This document shows positions 27,259-39,409 of a DNA stretch of 64,000 bases, one piece after another; the stretch's first letter is position 1; every line of letters begins with the position of its first letter. The translations under genes and the position numbers were made by a program. The stretch comes from Gekko japonicus (Eukaryota). Below the pieces are notes generated by a model that ran no database searches, was not told the origin of the DNA, and was given only the letters and a program-made list of their open reading frames with translations. The stretch is taken from the NCBI RefSeq assembly GCF_001447785.1, contig NW_015175982.1, positions 453,980-517,979 of the forward strand, given 5' to 3'.

Positions 27259-27796
27259 CAGGCCCATAGCTACAGTGGAGCATTCGGGGCTCTACCCTCT
27301 CAAATGTGAGGCATGCCCCACAACAGCTGTTGCCCCTCCCCCTCCCTCCTGTGACATTAAAAGGGCCCTCTGGCTACTCAGCAGGAGAACGTGGCTGCTG
27401 ATCAGCTGGAGGGCTCTTTAAATCTTGCAGCTGCCCCTCCCCCTCCCTCCTCCAAGATTTAAAGGGCCCTCCAGCTGATCAGCAGGCCCTTTAAATCTTG
27501 CAGGAGATGAGGGAGAGGGGCCGTTGCCAGCCACACACCTTCTCTTATCTGCAAGCAGCTATTGTGCCACTTGGAGATCAGGTGTGGGCAGCCCCCGCTA
27601 GAAAAACAGCATTTAAAGGGAACCCTTTAAATGCTGTTTTTCTAGCGGGGGCTGCTCGTGCCTGATCTCCAAGCAGCAAAATCACCTCTTGGAGTTAAGG
27701 GAAGACGTGTGGCTGCCCCTCTCCCTCCCCCCTCCCATGCTGCCACACATAATTCCCCCATGCCTCACCAACCCAAAGTTTCTGGCTACGGGGCTG
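27259..27796. mobile_element. hAT MITE with a perfect central palindrome (27588-27655)
   Basis: 8-bp TSD ctagctat at 27251-27258 and 27797-27804; TIRs caggcccatagc / gctacggggctg. Confidence 0.82.
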
Positions 27797-29182
27797 CTAG
27801 CTATACATTATATGAAAAAATGTGCAAGATAAGCCCAAACAGCCCGTTTCCTTGCTGCAAAGCAGCAGTGAGAAAGGGACATTTGCAGGGGAAAAGGGGT
27901 GGGGGGCTGCATGCTGTTTGCTGCTTATAGTGCCATTCTATGGAGAGTTACTCACCATAGGATTGCACTGTCCATGTAGTTTGGCACTTTGATATCCTAA
28001 TCACATATGCACAACAGTTTGCAATACTGAGTTCCATTTCTGGTTTTTCATGTAGGGAGCCTCTTAATCACTGTTTCCCAGTCCGGGCAGCTAATTTCTA
28101 GTTGTTTAAGGCTGCAATATTATTAATACATGCTTTGGAGCAAGTCCCATTGAAATGGGTAGGGATTGCTTCTGAGTAAGTTAGAATCAGACTCTAGCCC
28201 ACAGTCCTAGCCATGATTCCCTGAGTGTGAATGTCATGGAAAATTCATGGACACAAACGTTACTACTCAAGTGGACAATTACCATTTACAGGGTACAATT
28301 AACAATATATTGTGTAAGTTGCCAGGATTCTACCAATTATAGGACTAAGGTTACAATCCACCTCTCCTTGAGAGTGGCTTAGTTTTCTTTTGGTTATAAA
28401 AAAAAATTAAATAATCCCTGCACATGGAAAACCAGAAGTCAAGGAGAAGGATTCTAACTTAGCCTTCACTTGGACATGCCAGTATTCTATGTGCAAGGAA
28501 TGTTTCTTGAAGTGATGAGCATTCAACTAAAACATCCCACACCTGTAGTTTGGTGTTCTACTCCCAGAAAAAAAGCTTTATTTACCACCTCATCTGCTGT
28601 TTTTGAGAACTAGCTTTTTGTCATGATATCTAGTAATAGAGAGCCTAACATTTAGGTGACACAAAAGGTATTGCAAGAGACTTTAAATCACTCCACTGTG
28701 ATTTATTTATTTAAAATATTTCCATCTAATGGTAGGAGACATCTTGTATGGTGCCTTTAGGTGAATGCTAGAACACTGCCCTACATGGTGATGTCTTTTC
28801 CAGGTCATGCCAGAAATGATGTCACTGCTTCGGCACAAGGCTGATCATCCCACCATTTCCCCATGAACTTTCCACCACTGCACAACTGAGCAGCAGAGGG
28901 CAAAGCCAGATGGTGGCAGGAAGTTTCCCTGTTTCCATCCCACTTTATCTCCTCAGACTCAAGGCGGCTAACAACACAACACTAGACTGCAAGGGCACAA
29001 AGCAGAACAGTCCAGCTGACAATCTCCTAAAAATGCACAGGTTAAAAACCACACAGAATTAAAAAGCACAAAGATCTAAAAATGCACAGAACTTGAAAAG
29101 AACGCAGCCAAATCTGCTGAAACAGTTTACCCTCTGCCAAATGCTCTTTGAAATAAAAGTGTCTTGCCCTAAAAGTAGCAGG

Positions 29183-29390
29183 AGCCCTGACCTGGATAGC
29201 CCAGGCAAGCCTGATCTCGACAGATCTCAGGAACTAAGCAGGGCTGACCCTGGCAAGTATTTGGATGGGAGCCCTCCAGAAAATACCTGTGCCAAGGGGC
29301 AGAGGCAGGCTACCAAGCCACTTCTCTGAACGTCCTCCATGCCCCAGTAGGAGTTGCCAGAGGTTGCCATGACTTCCAGGCATAGGCGCA
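29183..29390 (+). mobile_element. 5S rRNA-derived SINE; a further decayed copy lies near 38320-38475
   Basis: cctgatctcgacagatctcaggaactaagcaggg...gtatttggatgggag. Confidence 0.75.
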
Positions 29391-29439
29391 CGCACTATGT
29401 TACTTTCAATGTGAAATGCACAGAAATGCAAAAAAAACC

Positions 29440-30385
29440 TACACACAAAAAGTAGCAAGTGAAGGTGTCTTCTACACCCACTCTGGTAGGCCGTCCCAAA
29501 GGAATAAAGCCCATGGCCTAGTTGTTGCCAAATGGACAGGAGGGTACCACAAGTAAAAAGCATGTCTGAAGAACACAGCTGGAGTATGGGGGCATATTAA
29601 CAGATGTGGTTCAATAAGTATGAAGGCCATGTCATGAAAGACTTTAAAGGTACTAACCAGCACTGAACTGGGCCCAGAAGCAAAGAGAGTTTTGAGTGGC
29701 ACACAGGAATACCAATTTGTAGCTTCCAAGATGTCTTCAAACGCAGGCCCATATACAGTATGTTACAATAATCTGAACAGTAGAACATCACTATGTCAGC
29801 AGAATATAAATAAGGAGCCAGTTTACAAGCAAGACATAACTGAAAGAAGGCATTCCTAGCAACAGCATCTACTTGTTTGTCCATCAATAAGGCCAGGTCC
29901 ACGGGCATTCCCGAGCTCTTACCTTGATCTACTAAAGAGCTTAAAGGTAAAAGTTTCCCTTGCTCGAAAACCAGTCGAATCCAACTCTAGGGGGTGGTGC
30001 TCATCTCCGTTTCCAAGCCGAAGAGCCAGCACTGTCCAAAGACTTCTCTGTGGTCATGTGGCCAGCATGACTAAACACCGAGGTGCATGGAATGCTGCTA
30101 CCTTCCCACTGAAGCAGTACCTATTTATCTACTTACAATTTCTTGCTTTCAAACTGCTAGGTTGGCAGGAGCTGGGGCCAGAGACAGGAGCTCACTCCGT
30201 CACACGGCACTAGGGTCTCGAACTGCGGAGCTACTGACCTTCCGGTCTGCACCTCAGCATCTTAACCTCTGAGCCACCGCGGACCCTACTAAAGAGCTTA
30301 ACCCAGTCTAAATCTGGTAGATCACACCAGCCGAACATTCTGCCTTTCCAGTCATCATCGCCTCCATCTTTTCTGAATTAAGCAA
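29440..30385 (-). mobile_element. Old L2 LINE fragment interrupted by a Sauria SINE
   Basis: QVDAVARNAFFQL...DYCNILYMGL.LKT remnant. Confidence 0.7.
29945..30285 (-). mobile_element. Sauria SINE
   Basis: Core tggtcatgtggccagcatgactaaa; acctttt tail; 16-bp TSD ctactaaagagcttaa at 29929-29944 and 30286-30301. Confidence 0.88.
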
Positions 30386-33172
30386 ACAATATTACTATTA
30401 AGCAGACCATGATACTAATGAAAAAACGTAAACATGAGTTTTCTCTTCTATGATGTATCCTATATTAACAACATTCAGCAAGTGTCAGTTACAGCAGGAG
30501 AATCTCAAAGAAGCTTTTTAATCATCATGCTTGAAAATGGGCCAAGGATATTTGGCATGCTATTTTCATTGCTAAAATGCAGGGAATTAAATTTGAGATT
30601 ACAGAGATGGAGTCAAATGCAAGACACAGCAAAAACGATGAATACTGTGTGCTGAATTTGGATGGCTACAAGAAGTACAGGTGTCAAAGAGCTACTCTGA
30701 CAAATGCTGACACCATACCGGGTTGATCCAGGTAAATGGTGCTAAAGTCTACAGATGTATGCATGCTGGATAGAGAAGAACTGATTAAAATATCCTTGAA
30801 GAACCTATTTACCATGTCTACAGGAGTGAAAGGCAACATGCCCACCTGGTCACACTTGTGTCACGATATGGGGGACTAGTTTCTTCACTAAAAACAAAAG
30901 CTGATCTAACATGGGTCCAAGGAAAAAACGGAACATACAGCAAAAAAAACCCCACCCCACAGCAACAAAGATCTACAAATCCAAACCTCTTGCATCCATA
31001 ATTCCCTTTAAGCTGCACTAGGGGGCACTGGTGCACAAAATTTTAACAGGCAGTGCAGGGATTTCTGCTTTAGCCCACAAAGCATTTTTCCCCCATTGGA
31101 AACAATGGAGGATGGGGGTACCTCCTTCTGGGGCCCATAGAATTGGACCCCTTGGTCCAATCTTTATGAAACTTGGGGGGAGGGGTTGAGGAGAGACACC
31201 AGCTGTAAATGTGGTGCCTCTACCTAAAAACACAGCCCCCCCAGAGCCCCAGACACCCCAAGATTGATTCTCCATTATAGTCTATGGGCCCATTTACTAT
31301 AATGGTCCCTGTAGGCTACAACAGATCCAGAAAAAAACTATTTCTTGCACACCCCTATTATGCTTTTCAGTATGATTTGTGAGCTGCCTTGAGTCAAAGG
31401 GAAAAGTGGGATATAAATATTTGAATAAATAAATAGTTTGGGGAGGTTGATAACATTTAAGCGACTTCCTGTTTGTTAGGTTAGGCAGGGTTCTGACAGT
31501 GATTGTTCCTCCTCTGTTATACTTGACCCGTGATGCTGGTTGTCATATTTCACTAAAAAACACAAAGTAGACTGCAAGAGCCCCCCCCCCCCCAAGTGCT
31601 GGTATGTTTTCTAAGGCACAGCAAAGAGCAAGAGTCCGAGGCCAGGTCTACCAATATAGCAGACTGGGTGAGTAGACCTATTCTCCAGAGGCCAAGTGGA
31701 AAGGGGTGGGTAGACCTGTTCTCCAGAAAACAGGTCTACCAATATAGTGGAAAGGGGTGGGAGAAATTTGACTTGATTCTGTTTTCTCTTATAATGTTTA
31801 AATTATTCTTAAAATATAGCTTAAATATAATTTAAAATAATTTATTCTGAGATTTTTACTAGGTTATGGAAGTAATCTTCTAAAAATCTAATTTACGTGA
31901 TAATCAAATGTAGACTCGCTCACAACTTTAATGCTACTAGTTTTCTTCATTCACGAGGTAGAATATCTGCTCAGAACGCTATGGACCTTCGAGAGAACAT
32001 TCTATGCATCCTCAACAATCAGGAGGAAATGGGTGCCTACTTAAGTGACAGTGTTTCTCTCATGTAATTCACCTGCAGAAGAGGATGAGCATTACAAGGG
32101 TGACTAGACCCAACCAAGACTACTTTCCTAAAGAGACTCAGAGTCATTACATGCTGTTCCTTCTGTTAGACTACAGGCCCATCTTATGACTGGTGGTGAA
32201 TGGACAAGAAAGAAGCAGTGCACATTGCAGAGAAGCCTGACAGAGGGAGTAAGGTGAGAAACAAACCTCCCAGGGTCATAACTGCAGCAGAGATTTTGCC
32301 CTTACCACATTGTTTGCTTTCCACATAAGAGAAAATGAGAGCCATATATAGAAGAAAGTAGAAGGGTACATTGTTGGTGTGAGGGCTAAGTCTATCCCAT
32401 TTCTGATGACTGACCTGAATTTTGTCCCAGAATGTAGCTTTACTTTGTCCCATAGAATGAAGTGGGACAGCCAAGCCAGTCTCTGTCCACAAAATGCCCA
32501 CCCTGGGTTCATTTTTTTTTTTGTTACATCGGGGCAGTAATCCCAAACATGCTACCCATTGTACCCACTGATGAGTTTCTTGGTATCTACGTGCTTCCTG
32601 CATACTGCTCTTTCACCCGCCTTCCTTATCCTGTTCAAGTTCCCTTCTTCTTTTTATCTCTCATGCACATTCCCTTCTTTCCTACTCTTTTCATTGTTGT
32701 TTTTTTCACACTCCTTCCTTCCCCTTTTTCTACCTCCTGGGAAGTCACATGATGAGTCAGCAGAAGTTTAATGACTGGAGGAGTCAGGGATTAGAAAAGG
32801 CGAGGAGCATGCTTTTTTTGTGCCTACTCTCCTTTCCACAAAATTTGGCCAGCCAGAGCTGCCTCTGGGAATTGTACACCACCTCATCCGGGAATGGGGA
32901 TAGGGTTGCTGCCAGCCTTGGGACTTGGGGATCTCCTGGAACTACAGCTCATCTCCAGACTACAGAAATCAGATCCTCTGGAGAAAGTGACTGATTCAGG
33001 CTTTATGGCACTGTGCCCCACTGAGGTCCCTGTGCTCCCCTGGCTCCACCCCCACATCTCCAGGTATTTCCCAACCTGGATATGGCAGCCCTACCCCCCA
33101 TCCCCTGCTGGTGGCCAGGCGGGACCTGGCAACCCTAAGTGAGAAGTATTCATGTCTGCAAAGTTTGCTCAC

Positions 33173-33258
33173 CTTCTCATGCTGCGACAATGCAGTGTAG
33201 GGTGCCGGCTCACGTGTCTGGTTATGTTGTGTCATTTGTACTATTGGTCCTACCATGT
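33173..33258 (-). CDS. SOUL-family coding exon 2 ((D)MVGPIVQMTQHNQTREPAPYTALSQHEK)
   Basis: Acceptor tttttatag| and donor AAG|gtgagc; 86 nt, phase 1/0, consistent with neighbouring exons. Confidence 0.88.
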
Positions 33259-34473
33259 CTATAAAAACAGTAAATTGGGAAAACCATTAAACCTGATAAA
33301 TGCTATCAAAAATCTCCAGAGTCCCATAATCCTTTGAAAAGGCACACATTTCCCCACAAGCCTTTTTAACAGGGTGGAACTAAAAAGACTGAAAAATATT
33401 AATTAAATACTTGTATCGGTATTTCCTGAAATAGTAAGGATGGACAGATGGATGGCAGCGCTTTTTTTTTTTGCTAAATAAATGTGCCAGGGCTCATATA
33501 TAATGTTGTGCCAATTTCCAACAATTCTCCCCTCCCTCTGGAGATCCCTGGTGCATGAGGGTGTGGACATGGGTAATGACATCTTGCAGCAGTGCATGAA
33601 GGTCCGTACCGTCACAAAAAAAAGCCTTGATGGATGGTAACATGTTTTTTAGAATTCTTTCACTGCTGGAAAAACAGGCCAAATCAAATACTTAACTTCT
33701 TCATATATCATTGTGCAAAGTTCTTTAAGTTATTTTACTATTGCCCATGATTCTGTAATCAGCAGTCTTATTTTAACTTTACTAGCAAGAAGAGACAAGC
33801 AAGGACTTCTTACAAGTTAATGGTAGTAGTTGGACACTACAGGAAATCCAACTCCCAACTCTATATTCAATACACATTTAACCCACATATGCAATCAATC
33901 TAAACATATAATCACACATACTAAATAATGCAGTTTCAATTCACTTCAGCAACTGTTTGCAAGTGGACTTTGCCATTTCACACAGTAAAATCCAGTTGCA
34001 AAGTGGATTTAAAATGCATTATTTAGTATATATGAAAGAGCAAAGAATACTGCATGGTAATTTAATTATAATAAAGTAGCTTAGCATTAGTTTGCTAGTG
34101 TTGCACTAACCATGAAAAACAAGCATATTTACTAGTTAGGATTGCCATCAGGCCTGGAGAAAAATGTCCTGTCCCCTTGACGGAGGCTTAATGGGATGTT
34201 ATTTATTAAGATATTTTTTTTACCTCCATACCTTGAAAAGCTTCTACTGCCCATTTCTACTCATTAAGCCTCTGTTAGAGGGACAACACTTTTCTCCAGG
34301 CATATAATAACCCTGTTTCCAGCATGTAGCTGCTGGAGCTGAAGCATTAACTAAAGTATATCTACACTTGAGAGCAGCCTCGGGAGGATCCTGTATAAAA
34401 GCCACTTTGAGATGTTCATCTTTGAAACACTGCCCGCCTTTGGACTCCTTGTGATTGGGATGCAAATTTTTAC

Positions 34474-34621
34474 CTTGAGGCAGCGTCACTTGGTGAGTGC
34501 TAGCTACTGCCTCCCAGTGAGAAAACAGCCTATTCTGTTCCTCCCTCTCCATGGGTTCCTCATCTTCATCAAGGTCTTCATCATCCATTTCATTCAGTTC
34601 CTCAAGGGTAATACGTGCCAT
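34474..34621 (-). CDS. SOUL/heme-binding protein family (SOUL3/SOUL4-like) coding exon 1
   Basis: MARITLEELNEMDDEDLDEDEEPMEREEQNRLFSHWEAVASTHQVTLPQ. Acceptor ttttctacag| lies 16 nt before the ATG; donor AAG|gtaaaa; 148 nt. Confidence 0.88.
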
Positions 34622-34686
34622 CTTAACCCAGCAACCCCTGTAGAAAAGAAAAGAATATTTTAGACCCTGAGCATATTAATGGCATA

Positions 34687-35128
34687 TTAATATATGTCTT
34701 TAAAGAATCATAGAAAAGTGAACAAAAATAATATACATAATCATAGAAAAATATATATTGACGGTGATCTCCGGAATGTCTTGCCGTTTCGAAGGAAAAT
34801 CTTTTTCTGAACAAAGATGTGGGACAAAAACTGTCTCTCAATAGTTCATATCCTCTGGTGACGTCTCACAATTATCAAAGAAGATTTTCAATAATCATAC
34901 CAGCTGTAATGCATAGTAGAACCTGCCATGGGCTAAGATGATTGTAATGCTTAGCCCATGGCAGGTTCTACTATACATTACAGCTGGTATGATAAATGGC
35001 AAGACATTCCGGAGATCACTGTCAATATATATTTTTCTATGATTATGTATATTAATTTTGTTCACTTTTCTATGATTCTTTAAAGACATATATTAAGCGT
35101 CACTTTCTCACAGTTTTTCTTGTTCTCC
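34687..35128. mobile_element. Foldback insertion 3, probably Penelope-like-element derived, with an internal deletion in the right arm
   Basis: Outer arms 34687-34785 / about 34997-35096 and inner arms about 34894-34937 / 34950-34993. The segment about 34789-34893 has no mirror. No TSD seen. Confidence 0.72.
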
Positions 35129-35390
35129 GTAGCCTCTCCCATGACTACAGGTATGGTCACCAATAGGCCTGGAGAAAAATTTCTTGTCCCTTTAACAGAA
35201 GCTTAATGCTTGGAAATGGGTAGCTGAAACTTTTCATGGCATAGTGATCCATCACACCACTTGGTAAATATCACTGCATCACTCCTCCGCCAGTGGGACA
35301 GGAGATTTCCTCCCCTCCAGGCAGTTGGCAACCCTACTCACAGCTTGGTCTGGGAGTGGTTTTTCTGGGGAGGGCTTGCTCTTTGCTCTA

Positions 35391-35667
35391 TCATAGAATC
35401 ATAGAATGTTAGAGTTGGAAGGGACCTTGCAGGTCATCTAGTCCAAACCCCTGCACTCTGCAGGAGTATACTGAAAGATAGCCCTACATACCTACAACAT
35501 ACCCGAAAGATGGTCGTCCAGCCTCCGCTTGAAAACGTCCAGCAAAGGAGCATCCACCACCTCCTGAGGCAGACTGTTCCACTGCTCAAGCACTCTTACA
35601 GTTAGGACGTTTCTCCTGATATTTAGCCAGTAACGACTCCCTTGTAATTTCCACCCATTAGATCTTG
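35391..35667 (-). mobile_element. CR1 LINE 3' end
   Basis: Tail (attctatg)n and CR1-type 3' UTR ggtcccttccaactct on the minus strand. Confidence 0.85.
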
Positions 35668-36125
35668 TGGGACAAGGAGGAATTATAGAAGTTCAGCAGC
35701 CCCAAGAAGGCCTGGAGTTATGGCTTGGATTTTGGAGTCGGGGCATTGACAATGGGGCTGACCTTGTTGGGCGTGGGATGGATGCCGTGCGCATCGACCG
35801 AGAACCCCAGAAACTCGACACTCGGAACCCCCAGGATACATTTTTCGTGTTTCACCTTGAGCCCAGCAGTGTGGAAACATTGCAAGACGGCGCACAGTCT
35901 TTCGGCAAAGGTCTCGGCAGATGGGGCAGCAATCAGAACATCATCGAAGAACGGCTGGACCCCAGGAATACCTTTAAGAAGACAGTCCATAAGGTTCTGG
36001 AAGATCCCTGGGGCTACACTGACCCCAAATTGCAGCCTGTGCACCCTGAAGGCACCCCGGTGTGTCACTATCGTCTGGGCCTCTGCAGTGGCATCATCTA
36101 CTGGGAGCTGCTGGTAAGCCTGGGC
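35664..36125 (-). mobile_element. Ty3/Gypsy reverse transcriptase fragment
   Basis: AQAYQQLPVD...LQFGVSVAPGIFQ...FFDDVLI...VEFLG...LQAFLGLLNFY. Confidence 0.92.
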
Positions 36126-36149
36126 ATAGGCGTAATCTTTGGGGGGGGG

Positions 36150-36429
36150 TGAGAAAAGTACTGGGTTCGCCGCATGGAGGACTCGGACGACGACATGCTC
36201 TTGCACATGTTTATTGTACTTAACACAAGACTAACTAAAATGGCCTTGCAAGGCCAACTATATACACACCCACCCAGTATAGCCTTAGTCCATTGGAGGG
36301 TTTGAATTTCCCGCCAGAATGGTTATTGGTTGGGGCTGGGGGGAACTAGAATCCTATGTTCCTATTGTCCAGGGGAGCCAAGCTCCAGTCTTTGCCGCAG
36401 ACCCCTAGTGGTGGCCCACGTACATAACA
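36150..36429 (-). mobile_element. Gypsy 3' LTR
   Basis: TG...CA ends; polypurine tract ggggggaggag directly upstream (36430-36440); TATA-like motif near 36260; AATAAA near 36210-36215 on the minus strand. Confidence 0.8.
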
Positions 36430-36456
36430 CTCCTCCCCCCATAGTTTAGACCCTAC

Positions 36457-37164
36457 CTATGTGACATAGTCCTGCAAGTAGGTGGGGGGCCGGCGCTCAC
36501 GGAGGGAACGTCTGGGGGCCGGTACTGGTTCCCTCGATCCCGGTTCCAGTTGACTCGCAGGGACCGGGGGTTGTGGCGCCAATTGGGGTGATGGCTGTTG
36601 GGCTGCTGGTTCGGGGACTTCCGGGGGTGCCTCGTTCGGCGTGGACTCCTTGTGGATTGGGGCGTCGGCTTGCCCCCTGGGTTCCGGAGTGTGCATTCCC
36701 GCTCCTGCCGTTAACTGAGGGGTTTCGCCTGCTTCCAGGAGCTGTCACGTCCGTAGTTGGTCGATGTGCCTTTGTAGAATTTGTCCGTCGTCTGTCGACA
36801 CTTCGTAAGACACTGGGTCCCTGACTTTGGTGACTCAGCCCGCGATCCATGGAGGCCCGATCCCGTAGTTCCGGAGGAATATAGGGTCCCTGGGAAGAAC
36901 CCTCTCGGAGCCTCACGCTGTTTGATCAACTTCCTTGCGTCCGGTGCCCGGTCTGGGTGCAGCCGATCCAACAGCCTTGTCGTGCGCCGGCCCATCAGGA
37001 GCTCTGCGGGGCTGTGGCCAGAGGCGGGCTTAGGTGTATTTCTCTGGGTCAAGAGGAAATGGGCCAAGCGGAACTCTCAGTCCCCCTCTGAAATTTGACT
37101 CAGGGCGTCCTTCGCAGTGCACACCATCCGTTCGGCCTGGCCGCTGGTTGCGGGGTGGAAGGGC
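36457..37164 (-). mobile_element. Ty3/Gypsy integrase C-terminal fragment (frameshifted)
   Basis: PFHPATSGQAERMV...SPAELLMGR...LDRLHP...RRSLRERRPPTYLQDYV*. Confidence 0.9.
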
Positions 37165-39409
37165 CTTCCTTCCTTCCTCTCTCCCCCCTCATCTATTTGC
37201 TTTCCCTGGTGATTTTCAGTAATTCTGTAGACAGTCTTCCCCACACATTACACCCAACACTGTTTCTATGGGTCCTTTAACATCTGGGGAGCTGCAGCAG
37301 GAATGGGAAGGTGGAAAATTCCATCTGTGACCAGTGAAAGTGCCCTTCCATTGGCAGAAAATAAGGTTTGGATCATTCTCTTTTCTGTAAATCTATAAAC
37401 TTCCCAACATTTGCGCTGTTGGGAATGGGTTAACATTGTTACTTCATATTTGTCAGCATTAGTGTTCTGCAACATCTACATGTGTTGCCATCTCATTCGT
37501 CACACTCTCTTACAGTTTACTACTACACTATGTCAAATCAGTATTTTTTTACATCCAACTCCTGTAGAGATCTTAAGAAAATATCTGTACAAATTACTTG
37601 TTAAACTACTTTGTTTCCTGTCTTTTACTGGCCTGGGGTTGGGGAAAGAATGATCTGGATTCCTATCTTTTGACAACCTCCTTAAAACAATTAAACTATT
37701 ATTTATTATATTTACACTCAATTTGCCTAGACTCATAGTCTTGCCATTCTCAGGACTATCTATGGAGCATTAAATGTGTTTTTTGAACTGCTCAGCATCC
37801 ATCAGTTCTTGGTAGCACAACTGTCCACCCTCTGGGCAGCCCTCTTATAATGAAGACTCTGACTTCATGCCATAAAGGGCAGGTAGGAAAATATGTGCAG
37901 ATATTGTTTGGGAGAAGCTTGACCTAAGGATGTCTCTAAAAGTGAACTCCTTCCAAAAAGAATGCATTAATCATAGTTTACCATATGACATACTTCAATC
38001 TTAAATCTAAAAATAACCATTAAATGTTTTAAGCAACCAGATGAGAGAAGCTAGATTGCTTTTTTCTAGTACATTTATTTCCCAGAGCTCACACAGTAAG
38101 ATTTTATTACAATTCTCATGCAACAAAAGGCATCTCAGCTGATCTCTATAAGCCAGTGTGGAAAGTTCAACAAGTAGCACTGGGGAGACCCAAGTTAAAA
38201 TTCTCACCCTGACATGAATTACACAGCCTGACCACAGGATGGTCATTATCTTCCAGCCTAACCTACCTCACAGTGGTGTCGTTACAGTGAGGGATAAATG
38301 TATACAGCTCTGTTTTGCGGGAAGCCTATCTTGTCACATCACAGAAGCTAAGCAGGGTAAGTACTTGAATGGGAGATTACCAAGAAAGGCAATGGCAAGC
38401 CACCTCTGTTTTTCGCTTGCCTGGAAAGCACCTTGCTGGGGTCACTGTAAGTCAGTTGTAATTTGATGGCACTTGCATACCTGGATGTTCATTAGGGGAT
38501 ATAAATCAATCAATCAGTTTAGGCAAGATGGGTTGCAGTGACATGTAAACCTGTGATATGAAGGGAAGAAAACTGAGATAACTAGGGGGATGTCATAAAG
38601 ATAAGGGTTCCCCAGGACCAGGCAGACAATTTGGCACATATTTCAGAAATGAGTGAACTCCCATAGGATTAGTGGAATTTATGGAGGTCTGTTTTTAGCT
38701 ACAGTGTGCAGAAGATAAGGCAAGGCCTTAGGGGCTGGCAGGAAGCATGGAAGTGGAGGCAACAGCATAGCCTTCCAAAATAAGAAAGCAAGTGTCCCCC
38801 AGCAGCAGTTAAATGAGTCTCTCTAGACTTGGTGGTGTGGTGTCAGAGGAGACTATGGACAATACAAAGAGATGGAGTGGAGTCACAAGGAAAGAAGGTT
38901 ATCAGGCAGACATCACCTCACCAGGATCATTTACAGCCATGTAACAGGCAGAAATCCAACACATGCAACTTTCACCATTTAATTTTAAAACATGTATAGC
39001 CCTCCCATAGGCTCAGGGCAGCTAACAACACATAAAAAAAAGTATCTACGGTGCAATAAAAAACGCCACAGGATTAAAATTCACTCCACAATGAAGCACT
39101 CAAAAACATTTTCCCCCAAACTGCTTCTGCAATTTAGTTTTATCATCCAGCAGGCATAATAAACTACCAGAAACATTGTCCAGGGCTGTGCCGATCATTA
39201 ATTAATACTAGGTTCTCTGGAATTGCCAGACTTCACTAAAAGAACTTCCTGCCAGGCTAAGAAAAAAATGTGGCCATCACAGGTGGAAACGAGAGGTGAG
39301 ATTCTCACTGACAGACAATTGGAAGCAGGCAAGATACAGAACCTCGGTGGGAATCACAATAGCCACCCGAAGGTCAATAACTTCACCCTTTGGGGAGAGT
39401 ACTTAAAAG

